Assembly (NCBI GenBank): GCA_903900025.1
Contig: CAIULN010000075.1
Location: 12 to 64,011, forward strand
Source of the DNA: an uncultured Methanomicrobiales archaeon
GTDB lineage: Archaea > Halobacteriota > Methanomicrobia > Methanomicrobiales > Methanospirillaceae
DNA length: 64,000 bases
Direction of reading: 5' to 3'
Part shown: one piece after another, positions 53,615-64,000 of the stretch
How positions within the stretch are numbered: position 1 is the stretch's first letter
Layout: every line of letters begins with the position of its first letter
Notes under the pieces: generated by a model
What the model saw: only the letters and a program-made list of their open reading frames with translations
Database searches by the model: none
What the model was told of the DNA's origin: nothing
Position numbers and translations under genes: made by a program

Positions 53615-55561
53615 ATGAAAATGGTACCGGATACCAGCGTCCTGATCGACGGGCGCATCACCTCGATGATAAAAACGGGGGATTATAAGGGAACAACAAT
53701 AATCGTCCCTGAAGCTGTGGTCGCAGAACTCGAAGCACAGGCAAATCAGGGGAGAGAGATCGGATTTTCAGGGCTCAATGAGCTGCAGGCGCTCTGCAGG
53801 CTGGCAGAAGAGAAGGTGATCGAGCTCAGGTTCTCCGGGGCACGCCCCACGCTTGAACAGGTGAAACTGGCAAGCGGGGGTGAGATCGACGCCATGATCC
53901 GCAATATCGCCATCGAGAACGCAGCCCAGTTCATCACAAGCGACAGCGTTCAGGCGGAAGTGGCGAGGGCAAAGGGCCTCAACGTCACCTATCTCAAGCC
54001 CCAGTTGACTGACTTTGTCCCCCTGGGGATTGACCAGTTCTTCGATGAGCATACCATCGCCGTTCACTTAAAAGAGCGGGTCTGCCCTGTTGCAAAGAAG
54101 GGCACGATCAGCTCGATGAGTCTTGTCAAAATCCGCGAACAGCCGACAACCGAGTACGAACTGAAGGCGCTCGCCCAGGAGATCCTCGAGCGGGCAAAGC
54201 GGGATCCCGACGGGTTCATCGAGGTCGAAAAGAGGGGCATCACCGTCGTTCAGATCGGGTCGATGCGGATCGCGATCGCGAGGCGCCCTTTTTCCGATGG
54301 GATGGAGATCACCGCGGTGCGTCCAATCGTCGATATCAAACTCACCGATTATTCAAAGGCAGAGATCATCAAAAAGCGTCTGTCAAGCGATAAACGCGGG
54401 CTGATCATCGCGGGGGCACCGGGGAGTGGTAAGACAACGCTTGCCCAGAGCATCGCGATCTATCTTTCTGAGAGCGGGTTTATTGTCAAAACGATGGAGG
54501 CCCCGCGGGAACTGCAGGTGCCCGACCAGATCACACAGTACACGATGCTTGACGGCAGCATGCAGAATACTGCTGATGTGCTCATGCTGGTACGTCCCGA
54601 CTTTGTCATCTTTGATGAGCTGCGCAAGAACGAGGACTTCAGGACGTTTTCGGATATGCGTCTCGCAGGAATGGGGATGGTCGGTGTGGTCCATGCAACC
54701 GATGTCCGCGATGCACTCAAGCGGTTCACCGACCGTGTGGACTACGGTGTCCTTTCGCAGATCATCAACACCATCATTTATGTAAAAGAGGGCGTGATCA
54801 CGAAGATCTATGATGTCGGGTTCACCATCAAGGTGCCCGAGGGGATGGAAACTGAGATGCATATCCGCCCTGTCACGACGGTAACTGATTACGATTCCGG
54901 CGATCTGGCGTATGATATCTTCCGTTATGATGGCGAGACCATCATCATGCCGCTGATCCGGACCGCTGAAAAGATGCCTGCACACGCTCTGGCGCCTGCA
55001 CGGCCTGTTCCTTCTGTACCCGTGCCTCCGGCTGTACCACAGATCCGCCCTCCTGCCACAGAAACCGCATCACGTGAGGAGACCGAGAAACGCAGTGGGT
55101 GGAAGCTCGCGGAAAAGGAGATCCAGCGGGAGATCGGGCGCTATACGGATGGCGAGGTTGATGTGCAGATGATCAGTGACACCAAAGCGGTCGTGTATAT
55201 CGATGACAAGGACGTCCCGGCAGCGATTGGGAAGGGGGGCAAGAACATATCGGCGATCGTCAACAAGATCGGGATCGGGATCGACATCAAACCAAGGAGC
55301 GAATTCGAAAAACAGAAAAAGGACGAGGATGATTTCAACCTCGGCGGCGGGGTGAAGATCCATATCGATAAAAAACAACTGACAATTGTGGCCCCTGAAT
55401 ATAACGGCAAGATCGTGGACGTCTTTGCAGGCAAGGAATACCTCTTTACCGCAACGGTGAACGATAGCGGGGAGATCCATCTTGCCAAGAATTCGAGCAT
55501 TGCACAGGAAATGATCCGCCGCTCTACCGCAGGTGAGGTCATCAAACTGCGGCCGGTGTAA
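53615..55561 (+). CDS. PIN-domain / PilT-type ATPase / KH-domain protein (conserved archaeal PINc-ATPase)
   Basis: N-terminal PIN ([13 protein letters not shown]...ITSDSVQ), Walker [20 protein letters not shown], and a C-terminal KH motif [16 protein letters not shown]. Confidence 0.85.
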   Translation: MKMVPDTSVLIDGRITSMIKTGDYKGTTIIVPEAVVAELEAQANQGREIGFSGLNELQALCRLAEEKVIELRFSGARPTLEQVKLASGGEIDAMIRNIAIENAAQFITSDSVQAEVARAKGLNVTYLKPQLTDFVPLGIDQFFDEHTIAVHLKERVCPVAKKGTISSMSLVKIREQPTTEYELKALAQEILERAKRDPDGFIEVEKRGITVVQIGSMRIAIARRPFSDGMEITAVRPIVDIKLTDYSKAEIIKKRLSSDKRGLIIAGAPGSGKTTLAQSIAIYLSESGFIVKTMEAPRELQVPDQITQYTMLDGSMQNTADVLMLVRPDFVIFDELRKNEDFRTFSDMRLAGMGMVGVVHATDVRDALKRFTDRVDYGVLSQIINTIIYVKEGVITKIYDVGFTIKVPEGMETEMHIRPVTTVTDYDSGDLAYDIFRYDGETIIMPLIRTAEKMPAHALAPARPVPSVPVPPAVPQIRPPATETASREETEKRSGWKLAEKEIQREIGRYTDGEVDVQMISDTKAVVYIDDKDVPAAIGKGGKNISAIVNKIGIGIDIKPRSEFEKQKKDEDDFNLGGGVKIHIDKKQLTIVAPEYNGKIVDVFAGKEYLFTATVNDSGEIHLAKNSSIAQEMIRRSTAGEVIKLRPV

Positions 55562-55605
55562 CCGGTCACGCAAATGGTGTTTTTTACCAGGAGAGGTGGT
55601 ACGCG

Positions 55606-58386
55606 TTGAGCGGATTTGATCCAGGGGCATTCGAACAACGGGCACAGGATCTGTGGAGATGCGCGTTTGAACCGGACCCGTCGGAGCAGGAAAAATATTA
55701 CCTGACCGTCGCCTACCCGTACCCGAGCGGTGCCATGCATGTCGGGCATGGAAGAACATATATCGTTCCCGATGTGATCGCAAGGTTCTGGAGGATGCGC
55801 GGGAGGCAGGTTCTCTATCCCATGGCATTCCACGTGACCGGTGCACCGGTCATCGGGATCTCAAAGAGGATCGCGCGCCATGATGAAAAAACGATCAGGC
55901 TCTACCGGGATCTCTACCGGGTGCCGCCCGCCGTGCTTGAAAAGTTTACTGACCCGCTGACCATTGTCAAACACTTTTCCGACGAATACCAGCGTGTAAT
56001 GACTGCCTGCGGCCTGTCCATTGACTGGCGCCGCCGGTTCACCACCGTCGACCCGACCTATTCAAAATTCATTGAGTGGCAGTGGAAGCACCTGTACGAA
56101 GCGGGGCACGTGATCAAGGGGGAGCACCCCGTCCGGTACTGCACATTTGACGAGAATCCGGTCGGCGACCACGACCTCCTCGAAGGTGACAAGGCGGAAG
56201 TGATCAAATTCACCCTTGTCATGTTCAGGTCTGGCGATGCAGTCATCCCGACTGCCACGCTCCGCCCTGAGACAATTTATGGTGTCACCAACCTCTGGGT
56301 AAATCCCGGTGTCACGTATATCAGGGCGCTTGTCGATGGAAAACCATGGGTGATCAGCCAGGAAGCAGCAGAAAAACTCCTGCTGCAGGATCACACGGTG
56401 ACCATAGAAAAAGAGATCCCCGGCACATCCCTGATCGATACAACAGCCACCCACCCGCTCTGCGGCGAGATCCCGATCCTGCCGGCAGCATTTGTCGACC
56501 CGGACATGGCATCGGGAATAGTCATGAGTGTCCCGGCCCATGCTCCCTTTGATTACATTGCATTGCGCGACCTCCAGCAGCAGGGGAGGTATACCCGGAT
56601 CAGACCGGTTCCGCTGATCAGGGTGGAGGGGTACGGTGAGGTGCCGGCACAGGATGCTGTCGAGAGAGCAGGCATCACAGACCAGCTCGACCCCCGCATG
56701 GATGCACTCACGCAGGAGATGTACTCATCGGAGTTTGCGAAAGGAAAACTCTTCGAGAAGTACGGCGGTAAACCCGTCAGGATTGCACGCGAAGACGTTG
56801 CAGCCCTCATGTCAGAACAGTATGGTTCAACGGTCATGTATGAGTTCGACACCCGTCCCGTCGTCTGCCGCTGTGGTAACCGGGTGAAGGTGAAGATCCT
56901 GCACGACCAGTGGTTCCTCAGGTACAGCGATCCTGCCTGGAAGGCGCAGGTATCGGACCAGTTAAAGGACATGTCACTGGTTCCGCCCGAAGTCCGTATT
57001 GAATTCGACAGGACAGTTGACTGGCTCAGGGACTGGGCATGTACCCGCCGCGTGGGGCTCGGGACCCGGTTCCCGTGGGATACGACCCAGCTTATCGAGC
57101 CGCTCTCAGATTCGACCATATACATGGCGTATTACACCATCGCACACCGGATCAGGGAGATGGCACCTGATACTCTCACACCCGAGGTATTCGATTATAT
57201 TTTCCTTGGCAAAGAGTCAGATAGCCTGCCGCAAAAGGAAAAACTCGACGCGATGCGCAACGAATTCCTGTACTGGTACCCGTACAACTTCCGGTTCTCT
57301 GCAAAGGACCTGATCTCCAACCACCTGACCTTCCAGATCTTCCACCATGTCGCGATCTTTGAAAAGCAGCACCTCCCGCAGGGGATGGTGGTCTTTGGCA
57401 TGGGCCTGTTAAACGGCGCCAAGATGTCATCATCAAAAGGGAACGTCTTCTTGCTCGAGGACGCGGTGAAGGAGTTTGGCGCTGACACGGTGCGGATGTT
57501 TTTAATGGGGAGCGCCGAGCCGTGGCAGGACTTTGACTGGAGGAACGAGCTGGTCGCTTCGGTTAAAAAGCAGATCGAACGGTTTTACAACGCCATCCAC
57601 GAGATGAAGGATGCCGGGGGAGAGCCAAAAGACATCGATCTCTGGCTGATGAGCCGTCTTTTGGAGCACATCGAAAAGACCACCGCATCCCTCGAGAACT
57701 TCCAGACCCGGCAGGCATTGCAGGAGGCGTTCTTTTCGATCGAGAACGACCTGAAATGGTACCGGCGCCGGCTTCCTGAAGGCAGCGACGGCAGCAGGAT
57801 GCTCCGCTCACTCTGCTCTGCATGGGTGCGGCTGCTCGCCCCGTTCATCCCGTTCACCTGCGAGAAATTATGGCAGGACATCGGCGGGCAGGGGCTTGTG
57901 TCGTTTGCTGACTGGCCGGTTGTCGATCAAAAACACAAGAACCGCCGTATCGAGCTGGCAGAGGAGCTGCTCCTGCGGACGGTGGAGGATCTTGAGTCGA
58001 TAAAAAAACTGATCCAGATCACGCCGAGATCGATCACCATCTCACTAGCTCCGGCATGGAAGTACGAGATATTCAAAACAATCGCCCGCGCTCCCGACAG
58101 AACCCTTGCTATCCGCACGATCATGAAAGACGATCTCATGCGCAGGCGCGGCAAAGAGGCAACTGATGCGGCAAAGCAGTGCACCGCCCTGATCCACCGC
58201 CTGCCCCCCCACATCGTTGAACTGATCGCATCCGACGGCGTTAACGAGCGGGCGGTCTTTGAGCAGGCAACACCGTTCCTAAAAAAAGAGTTTGGCGTTC
58301 CCGTTCACATCACCGATGCCGAGAGTTCACCTCACGCCAAGGCGGCCACTGCACTGCCGTTCAAGCCGTCAATCGTGATCGAGTAA
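55606..58386 (+). CDS. leuS: Leucine--tRNA ligase
   Basis: Class I HIGH motif ([12 protein letters not shown]), KMSKS variant (KMSSSKGN) and an editing-domain insertion. 926 aa. TTG start with GGAGAGGTGG upstream. Confidence 0.95.
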   Translation: MSGFDPGAFEQRAQDLWRCAFEPDPSEQEKYYLTVAYPYPSGAMHVGHGRTYIVPDVIARFWRMRGRQVLYPMAFHVTGAPVIGISKRIARHDEKTIRLYRDLYRVPPAVLEKFTDPLTIVKHFSDEYQRVMTACGLSIDWRRRFTTVDPTYSKFIEWQWKHLYEAGHVIKGEHPVRYCTFDENPVGDHDLLEGDKAEVIKFTLVMFRSGDAVIPTATLRPETIYGVTNLWVNPGVTYIRALVDGKPWVISQEAAEKLLLQDHTVTIEKEIPGTSLIDTTATHPLCGEIPILPAAFVDPDMASGIVMSVPAHAPFDYIALRDLQQQGRYTRIRPVPLIRVEGYGEVPAQDAVERAGITDQLDPRMDALTQEMYSSEFAKGKLFEKYGGKPVRIAREDVAALMSEQYGSTVMYEFDTRPVVCRCGNRVKVKILHDQWFLRYSDPAWKAQVSDQLKDMSLVPPEVRIEFDRTVDWLRDWACTRRVGLGTRFPWDTTQLIEPLSDSTIYMAYYTIAHRIREMAPDTLTPEVFDYIFLGKESDSLPQKEKLDAMRNEFLYWYPYNFRFSAKDLISNHLTFQIFHHVAIFEKQHLPQGMVVFGMGLLNGAKMSSSKGNVFLLEDAVKEFGADTVRMFLMGSAEPWQDFDWRNELVASVKKQIERFYNAIHEMKDAGGEPKDIDLWLMSRLLEHIEKTTASLENFQTRQALQEAFFSIENDLKWYRRRLPEGSDGSRMLRSLCSAWVRLLAPFIPFTCEKLWQDIGGQGLVSFADWPVVDQKHKNRRIELAEELLLRTVEDLESIKKLIQITPRSITISLAPAWKYEIFKTIARAPDRTLAIRTIMKDDLMRRRGKEATDAAKQCTALIHRLPPHIVELIASDGVNERAVFEQATPFLKKEFGVPVHITDAESSPHAKAATALPFKPSIVIE

Positions 58387-58681
58387 TGTTCCTTTTTTTT
58401 AAGCGACCGGCACCAGCCGATATCATTGCCATTCCGGGTGCAGCGCATCCTCTCAGCGACGTGAAAATAGATCTTTGAGCCGAATTTTTTTTTATGGACA
58501 TATACCGGTGAAGGATCGACAACGGGTTAGAGCGGTAAACAGGTGAGGTTTGTCCTTGCCGGACCCCTGCGGCCGCTGATACAGCAGAACCTCGGGAATA
58601 CTATGCCGTACTGCATTGGATGTGCAGATATCATCCGGGTTTTTTTCCCACAGGAACGATCTGACAAATTTATCACGATTC

Positions 58682-59062
58682 ATGGCAAGATATCGCAGTA
58701 TGGCATCTGAACAGACAAGGCGACACGGAGGATTTTTCCTCGTACCGGCAGGGTTCCTGATCGGTCTTGGGGCAGGGATTCTTCTCGGGTATATGTGGTC
58801 AGGGATGCTGATCGGTCTTGGAGGAGGATTCCTGGCATCGATTGGGAAGAGAGGCTGGGCAGACACATACCATGATACATCCGTCCGGCCTCACAGCACT
58901 GGCGGGCCGCGGTGGTTTTTACCGCTCATCGGTCTCTACATCATCACCGCCGGTATCGCGATCATCTGGATTCCCCGTGATGTATGGCAGAACATTGCGG
59001 CGGTTTTTCTGGTCCTGATCGGTATATGGTTTATTGTCCGGGGATACAGTCAGGGCACCTGA
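58682..59062 (+). CDS. Membrane protein, hypothetical (Gly-rich TM helices)
   Basis: Start trimmed to MARYRSMASEQTRRHGGFFLVPAGFLIGLGAGILLGYMW (ATG 58682). Four hydrophobic segments. Confidence 0.5.
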   Translation: MARYRSMASEQTRRHGGFFLVPAGFLIGLGAGILLGYMWSGMLIGLGGGFLASIGKRGWADTYHDTSVRPHSTGGPRWFLPLIGLYIITAGIAIIWIPRDVWQNIAAVFLVLIGIWFIVRGYSQGT

Positions 59063-59257
59063 ACTTTTTGTCAGATGACGGGGTCCTGATCAAAAAAACC
59101 ACCTGCACGGTTCCATGTAAACCAGGAAGGCTGCAATTCCGCTGCCAGATACGGGCTATTTGAACCGTTATGTCCAGGAAAACGGTATTAAAAGGTTTTT
59201 TTATGAATCGACACCTTTTTTAATTCACGTCTTCATCGTCTACTGAGGGGTCCGGGG

Positions 59258-60205
59258 ATGGCCAGAATTTCAGTAAAAATTGAAAATGCATTGGTCGATG
59301 AGATTGAAGAGGATAGAAAAAATAAGGGTCTGAAACTATCAAACTGGGTTACCAATGCGGTTCAGAGTTATCTCCACCCACCAGCTGCCGGGACGGATCA
59401 TACCGGGGAAATTGAAGAGTTAAAGCGGGTCTCAGACGAACTTTTCACAAGTCGGGCAGAACGGGAGAACCTTGCCACCAGATGGGCAGATCTGGAACGC
59501 AGGCATGAGTCACTGAAAGCAGAACGGGACAGACTGGTGGCTGAACTGACGTATCAGAAAAACCAGCTTGACACAATGAACACCAGACAGGAATTATCTG
59601 TCACAAATCTCGCCGGACTGGAAAAGAGATGCGATACCCTTCGTGACGAAAAAGAGAGCATCAGGGCAGAGCTGACCGAACTGAAAAGCAGGTATAACGT
59701 GCTGAAAGGCGAGAAAGAAAATCTCGGGATCGAGCTGGCTCAGTTCAATAGCAGGTACGACTCGCTGAAAGGGGAAAGGGAAACCCTTATGGCAGAACTG
59801 TCCCGGCTCAAAAGTACCTGTGACCGGATTTGCGGTGAGCGGGACCAGGCAGTGGCTGACAGGAACCGGTTCCTCGCAGAGCGTGAGAACCTCGAAAAAC
59901 AGATGCGTGAGATGGCGGTTGAAGCCGAACGCAGCAAAGCAAAAACCATCATGATCGACGAACTGCGAAAAGACAAGGATTTTTACAGGTTGAATACCGC
60001 AAGCTCAGTGATCATATCGTCCCTCAATTACCCCCTGGCCGTTCGTCATTCTGGAGCTGGATCTGGGACGATACGTGAGCCTGCCGGATCACCAGCGGCT
60101 TTCCAAATACCCGCACGAACAGATCTGATTTGGAAATGGCACTCGCCCTCTCGGTCTCTGCATCCTGATATGCCTGCACCTCACACAAAATCTCTGTCTG
60201 ATTGA
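59258..60205 (+). CDS. Ribbon-helix-helix (CopG-like) N-terminus fused to a 21-residue-repeat coiled coil
   Basis: MARISVKIENALVDEIEEDRKNKGLKLSNWVTNAVQSYL is RHH-like. Repeats follow: LEKRCDTLRDEKESIRAEL / LKSRYNVLKGEKENLGIEL / FNSRYDSLKGERETLMAEL. The last ~60 codons overlap the convergent CHAD gene, so the true 3-prime end is uncertain. Confidence 0.6.
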   Translation: MARISVKIENALVDEIEEDRKNKGLKLSNWVTNAVQSYLHPPAAGTDHTGEIEELKRVSDELFTSRAERENLATRWADLERRHESLKAERDRLVAELTYQKNQLDTMNTRQELSVTNLAGLEKRCDTLRDEKESIRAELTELKSRYNVLKGEKENLGIELAQFNSRYDSLKGERETLMAELSRLKSTCDRICGERDQAVADRNRFLAERENLEKQMREMAVEAERSKAKTIMIDELRKDKDFYRLNTASSVIISSLNYPLAVRHSGAGSGTIREPAGSPAAFQIPARTDLIWKWHSPSRSLHPDMPAPHTKSLSD

Positions 60206-61697
60206 TGTGGCACCGCAGGGATTGTATGACGCCCTGGTGGGTGGCATCAAGGCCGTCGGCAATCCGGATAAGCGCGGCAAGCATGTTGACAACCATGCGG
60301 TCATCCGGCGGCAACAGGGTATAATAACCCCATGATTCCAGCCTGCATTTCCCGCGGTGACAGAGCGTCACAAGCCCGATGATCCCCCGTTCGATGATAT
60401 CAACCGGAAGCTGTTCAGAAGAGAAGATCATCCTGGCGCCCTTTGTACGGTGACCCTTTCCACCCGGAGTCCAGCCGATTTCATGGAGGAGTCCTGCACA
60501 TTCGAGCAGGAGCCGTGCTCTCTGGCTCATCCTGTGCAGGGGCTGCAGGCTGTCAAAGAGCGCAAGTGCCAGATCGGTGACATGACGTGTATGAGCCTGC
60601 CCTTCCGGATACGCCAGCGCAATCTGATGTACGGAAGCCATCAGGCGGTCTTTTGAAGCGGCCGTGGGCTGCCCGAATGGTTTTTTTTCCTCTTTTAAAA
60701 GTGTGGTCCGCAGCCCATCCCATATCCGGGACCGCTCGAGCACCTTCCAGTACTGTATTAACTGCCGGAACAGCGCTTTGCGCTTCATTTCACGATCATG
60801 AAGGAAATATTTGAGGTCTGCGATCATCTGCGGGTTCCAGGGTTTCGTCGATCCCAGCGAGTGATGCTGGGCACGTTCCTTTAAGAGAACAAGTGTTACC
60901 GTGTCGATCCAGACATCACAATCATGGATATTACCTAACATTTCCTGAACTTTTTTCACCCGCGATAAGGGTTTTCTGAGCCCGTACCGGTATATTGGTG
61001 CATAAAATTCCATGGTATAACGGAGTTTTTTTGCTGCGATCCTCATTGCATGGTGCTCTGCCACTGCCTCAGGATATTGAATCCATGGTTCATACGAGAG
61101 AAGCGCGGTCAGTCGCTTACTTATGTCATCAGCTGCAAGAGAAGGCAGCGCATACATTGGTGGCCTGGGCCGGATTCGTCGCGCGGTGGTATGATAACCG
61201 GTTGCAGCATTGCGGATATCATCGATGATCTGCCTTTTTTCAAGACCTGTGACCGCAGAAAGGACCTGTTTCTGAAGCGTTGCCCTTTTTTTCTGGTGTA
61301 TCGTGAGAAGGTGTTCGATGCCCGCAGTGAGGGGAGGCTTTATTTTTTTATGAGTGTCTGCCTGTTGTGCCTGGCTTTTTGCTGCCTTTTTCTGGTACTT
61401 CTTTAAAAATTCTATCTGGACATCGGCATCGCGTGCGTCACTGAGAGCGCGGGTGATGGCCTTGACCTCCTTGACCCATCGGGAATACTTCTTTTCAAAA
61501 AAACAGTGGGCACAGAGGGGAAGGGCGGCACGCAGTCGCCGTGACGCGACCCGCATCCGGTGTATATATTCACTATTTTTCTGTGCTTTTACCCCTTCTG
61601 TTTCCTGTGAAAATGCATCAAGCAGGAACAACAAACGCTGCATCCCGAATATGCATGATCCGTGAACCGATATCGCCTGGTCATGGGACTTTGTCAT
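60024..61697 (-). CDS. CHAD-domain plus HD-domain (Ppx/GppA C-terminal-like) protein
   Basis: N-terminal CHAD pattern (IHRMRVASRRLRAALPL...DARDADV, second half HHAMRIAAKKLRYTMEF). C-terminal HD block (HTRHVTDLALALFD...LLECAGLLHEIGW). Confidence 0.8.
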   Translation of the reverse strand: MTKSHDQAISVHGSCIFGMQRLLFLLDAFSQETEGVKAQKNSEYIHRMRVASRRLRAALPLCAHCFFEKKYSRWVKEVKAITRALSDARDADVQIEFLKKYQKKAAKSQAQQADTHKKIKPPLTAGIEHLLTIHQKKRATLQKQVLSAVTGLEKRQIIDDIRNAATGYHTTARRIRPRPPMYALPSLAADDISKRLTALLSYEPWIQYPEAVAEHHAMRIAAKKLRYTMEFYAPIYRYGLRKPLSRVKKVQEMLGNIHDCDVWIDTVTLVLLKERAQHHSLGSTKPWNPQMIADLKYFLHDREMKRKALFRQLIQYWKVLERSRIWDGLRTTLLKEEKKPFGQPTAASKDRLMASVHQIALAYPEGQAHTRHVTDLALALFDSLQPLHRMSQRARLLLECAGLLHEIGWTPGGKGHRTKGARMIFSSEQLPVDIIERGIIGLVTLCHRGKCRLESWGYYTLLPPDDRMVVNMLAALIRIADGLDATHQGVIQSLRCHINQTEILCEVQAYQDAETERASAISKSDLFVRVFGKPLVIRQAHVSSQIQLQNDERPGGN

Positions 61698-61843
61698 ACC
61701 GATCAGATCTCGTATAAACCACGGTCAGTACCTGTACGGTACCTCTGTTTTAGGAGGAATACCATGTTCAATCTTGCCCTAACCTTGGACTTTTTCACCA
61801 GGGGCAGGAACGTTATGCCATGCAGATCTCAAAACTTACGCGG

Positions 61844-62161
61844 TTACTCCCCGATACTGCTCTTTGCCCGCTTCACCCGCTCCTTTGTCGAGAACCCGGT
61901 CACCGCATCGAGATATTTCCGGAACCGCTTGTTGGTGTCGATGATCACCTCGTCATTCACGTTCAGGTCAGACTCGGTATCAACAATAACCGTCTTACTG
62001 CCGGCACCTGCTTTCACGTCGAACCTTTTTAAAGCTCCAAACCTGATCCGGTACATCCCGCCCGATTGGGTCGGTTCAACACCAAAACAGTTCCGAAGCT
62101 CTGAAACGATCCGTGTATTAAGGTCATTTGTCAAACCGCGTTTAACCGGATATTCCTGCAT
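61844..62161 (-). CDS. Conserved archaeal hypothetical protein (DUF5611-like, tentative)
   Basis: 105-aa ORF MQEYPVKRGLTNDLNTRIVSELRNCFG... Family name recalled from memory only. Confidence 0.5.
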   Translation of the reverse strand: MQEYPVKRGLTNDLNTRIVSELRNCFGVEPTQSGGMYRIRFGALKRFDVKAGAGSKTVIVDTESDLNVNDEVIIDTNKRFRKYLDAVTGFSTKERVKRAKSSIGE

Positions 62162-62205
62162 AATACTTTTTTAGGTGGATGGTCTATGTTAACCTAGTGA
62201 TAACG

Positions 62206-62991
62206 ATGGGAGTACCTCAAATATTGATCGACAAATCTCCGGATGATCCAGCTAAAAGACAATCTTCTTCATCAGGGGGAGTACCCGACCTGAAAATATT
62301 TTCCAAACCCCTCGTCACCCCGGACACCGCTGTTCTCGTGGGCTTCCCGGGGAGCGGACTTGTCGGAAGCATTGCGCTCCAGTACCTGGTCGACCAGCTG
62401 GAGTTCGAGCTGATCGGTACAATGACCTCAAAATACTTCCCGCCACTCGCGATGATGAACAAAGGTGTGATCAATGATCCGGTCAGGATATATGCCAAAA
62501 ATGGGATCGCGGCTGTCGTCGCCGACATCCCCATCCACCCGATGATCTGCTACGAGATTGCCAACGGATTTTTAGACTGGCTGGCACCGTTTAAACCCAA
62601 AGAGGTCGTGACAATAGCGGGCATCATCACAAACGAGCCCGAGAAACGGGTTTTCGGAGTTGCTACCACCACAGAGGCGCTCCCGCGGATCGCAGACCTC
62701 ACCATCATCCTGCCTGTGGGGAGCATATCGGGGATCGCATCGAGCATTCTCACTGAGTGCAAGATCCGTGGCATCCCGGCGTACGGCCTGCTGGGAGAGA
62801 CCGTGAACGCACCCGATCCACGGTCGTCTGCGGCCACCATTGATGTGCTCAACAAGATGTATAACCTTGGCCTCGATACCCGCCCGCTTCTCGACCAGGC
62901 GGTTGAGATCGAGCAGAGCATGAGCAAACTTGCCGAAGAAGTGCAGTCCGCAGAGCAGGCGCCCAAAAAAGACCTGCCGATGTACGGGTGA
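62206..62991 (+). CDS. Proteasome assembly chaperone (PAC2) family protein
   Basis: VLVGFPGSGLVGSIALQYLVDQL...PPLAMMNKGVINDPVRIY...GLLGE matches the archaeal PAC2 pattern. The start is at 62206 or 62179. Confidence 0.8.
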   Translation: MGVPQILIDKSPDDPAKRQSSSSGGVPDLKIFSKPLVTPDTAVLVGFPGSGLVGSIALQYLVDQLEFELIGTMTSKYFPPLAMMNKGVINDPVRIYAKNGIAAVVADIPIHPMICYEIANGFLDWLAPFKPKEVVTIAGIITNEPEKRVFGVATTTEALPRIADLTIILPVGSISGIASSILTECKIRGIPAYGLLGETVNAPDPRSSAATIDVLNKMYNLGLDTRPLLDQAVEIEQSMSKLAEEVQSAEQAPKKDLPMYG

Positions 62992-62996
62992 TTGTC

Positions 62997-63395
62997 ATGA
63001 AATGCCCCGCCTTAACCGGTATCTCCCCCGATATTATCAAGGAACTCAGAAACGGACACCCCCGAACCCTTGAGCTCCAGAGCACACACAACATCATCAC
63101 CATCGCAAATACCGTACCGGGACCCGACACCCACCTTTTCATGACCTCCATCGATATGGACGACCTTGGCCCGGGCGATTCCGGCATCTGCGTGTATGTG
63201 CTCTCGGTCAATATCACGATGAAGCGGATCGTTGAGTTCGTGCACGGCCTGCACTATGAGGAACGGGAACGGATGTCCGCCCGCGTCCAGGTGAAATACT
63301 GCGCCGCGTCGGTCGTGAAGGGTGTCCACCACGAAGGGATCGTCCAGCCAACCGAAGTTGAGGTTCTCAAGTCATCGTGTTATCACGCGGGGTGA
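62997..63395 (+). CDS. Hypothetical protein
   Basis: 132-aa ORF beginning MKCPALTGISPDIIKELRNG, with its ATG 6 nt after the PAC2 stop. No family recognised. Confidence 0.5.
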   Translation: MKCPALTGISPDIIKELRNGHPRTLELQSTHNIITIANTVPGPDTHLFMTSIDMDDLGPGDSGICVYVLSVNITMKRIVEFVHGLHYEERERMSARVQVKYCAASVVKGVHHEGIVQPTEVEVLKSSCYHAG

Positions 63396-63456
63396 AGAAC
63401 ATACAATTATTTCAAGCCGCAGTACAGGATACTGAATATGGGGATCTGAACGTACA

Positions 63457-63741
63457 ATGACGGGAAAAGAGATGAAGGCCGTTGAGTCAGGCCAGTTTAT
63501 GCGGGGTTTTGTCCTGCTGATAACAATTGCCGGGGCATGCCTGGTCTTTTACAGTGTATACATGGTTACCACGCATCCCGATGATCTGAACAGGGTTGTC
63601 CTTGACCTGATCATGTTCGGGTTCGGGTTTGCGGCGATCTGGTTCGGGCTTTCGCATTTTGATATCCAGAAAACAAAAACAAAGATCCAGAAGATCAACC
63701 AGAAGGCAGACAGAATTAAAGAGATCCTCGATCGGAAGTAA
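63457..63741 (+). CDS. Small two-TM membrane protein with basic helical tail, hypothetical
   Basis: 94-aa ORF with two hydrophobic segments, then KTKTKIQKINQKADRIKEILDRK. Confidence 0.45.
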   Translation: MTGKEMKAVESGQFMRGFVLLITIAGACLVFYSVYMVTTHPDDLNRVVLDLIMFGFGFAAIWFGLSHFDIQKTKTKIQKINQKADRIKEILDRK

Positions 63742-63841
63742 TCCTTCATTTTTTTGAAGGGAACTCTTGGGCAGGCTGATAAAAACCAGCACTGCCAGGA
63801 AACATATTAATTAGGCCGGAGTGTGAATTAAATAGGCGTCA

Positions 63842-63916
63842 GGGCTTGTGGCTTAGCTTGGACATAGCGCCGGGCTTCTAACCCGGATGTCGGGGGTTCA
63901 AATCCCCCCAGGCCCG
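63842..63916 (+). tRNA. tRNA-Arg (anticodon UCU)
   Basis: Hand-folded cloverleaf. Acceptor GGGCTTG/CAGGCCC (one G-U pair), D-loop with GG, anticodon stem CCGGG/CCCGG with loop CT-TCT-AA, 5-nt variable loop, T-arm GGGGG-TTCAAAT-CCCCC, discriminator G. No encoded CCA. Confidence 0.9.
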
Positions 63917-64000
63917 TTTATTTTCACCGTTGACTGCAATCCCCGGTCGATCCTTTTTGTGCCGGGCACTTTTAAGTATTGCATCACGTGCGATCACGGT

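Noticed and set aside
58492-58866. 124-codon minus-strand ORF
   Set aside because: It is antisense to a more plausible membrane-protein ORF (58682..59062) and to the leuS terminator region. The translation is Pro/Arg-rich.

Overview
Archaeal chromosomal segment, about 80 supportable genes, densely coding on both strands. It is euryarchaeal and looks Methanomicrobia-like from gene content, but that taxon call is an inference and no methanogenesis genes are present. Left third (4.4-25.5 kb, minus strand): a classic archaeal information-processing gene string (KsgA, DUF655, RpoF, L21e, Pus10, TrmY, SRP54, FtsY, prefoldin alpha, then LX, aIF6, L31e, L39e, PDCD5-like, S19e, YhbY, Rpp21). This string is split between pfdA and rplX by a ~10.8 kb accessory insert. 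The insert carries: a kdp K+-ATPase operon with an in-frame KdpC-KdpA fusion and a KdpD lacking its kinase domain; a G-rich palindrome/repeat tract; two decayed R-M methylase tail fragments bracketing a DUF4258/YgiT toxin-antitoxin set and a dinD fragment; and an orphan 167-aa gene plus a 31-aa hydrophobic micropeptide behind a hairpin-rich leader. Middle: housekeeping genes (purN, CNNM/CorC, xseAB, hsp20, sugar nucleotidyltransferase, cobQ, class II RNR, aSUI1), with a 180-nt hairpin-dense element in the xseA upstream region. 39-52 kb: a type IV pilus/Tad-like assembly core (FlaI-type ATPase with a long disordered N-extension, split platform, atypical A24 peptidase). It is interleaved with Roadblock/LC7-like proteins, a three-member uncharacterised paralog family, MinD, a receiver-PAS protein and a double V4R protein, with no pilin and no small GTPase visible. 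This is my top candidate for an undescribed positioning/regulatory system. Right end: hisI, PIN-ATPase-KH, leuS, RHH coiled-coil protein, CHAD-HD, PAC2 chaperone, tRNA-Arg(UCU). I saw no CRISPR array, rRNA, transposase or integrase. All family names come from reading the translations by eye; no database search was possible.
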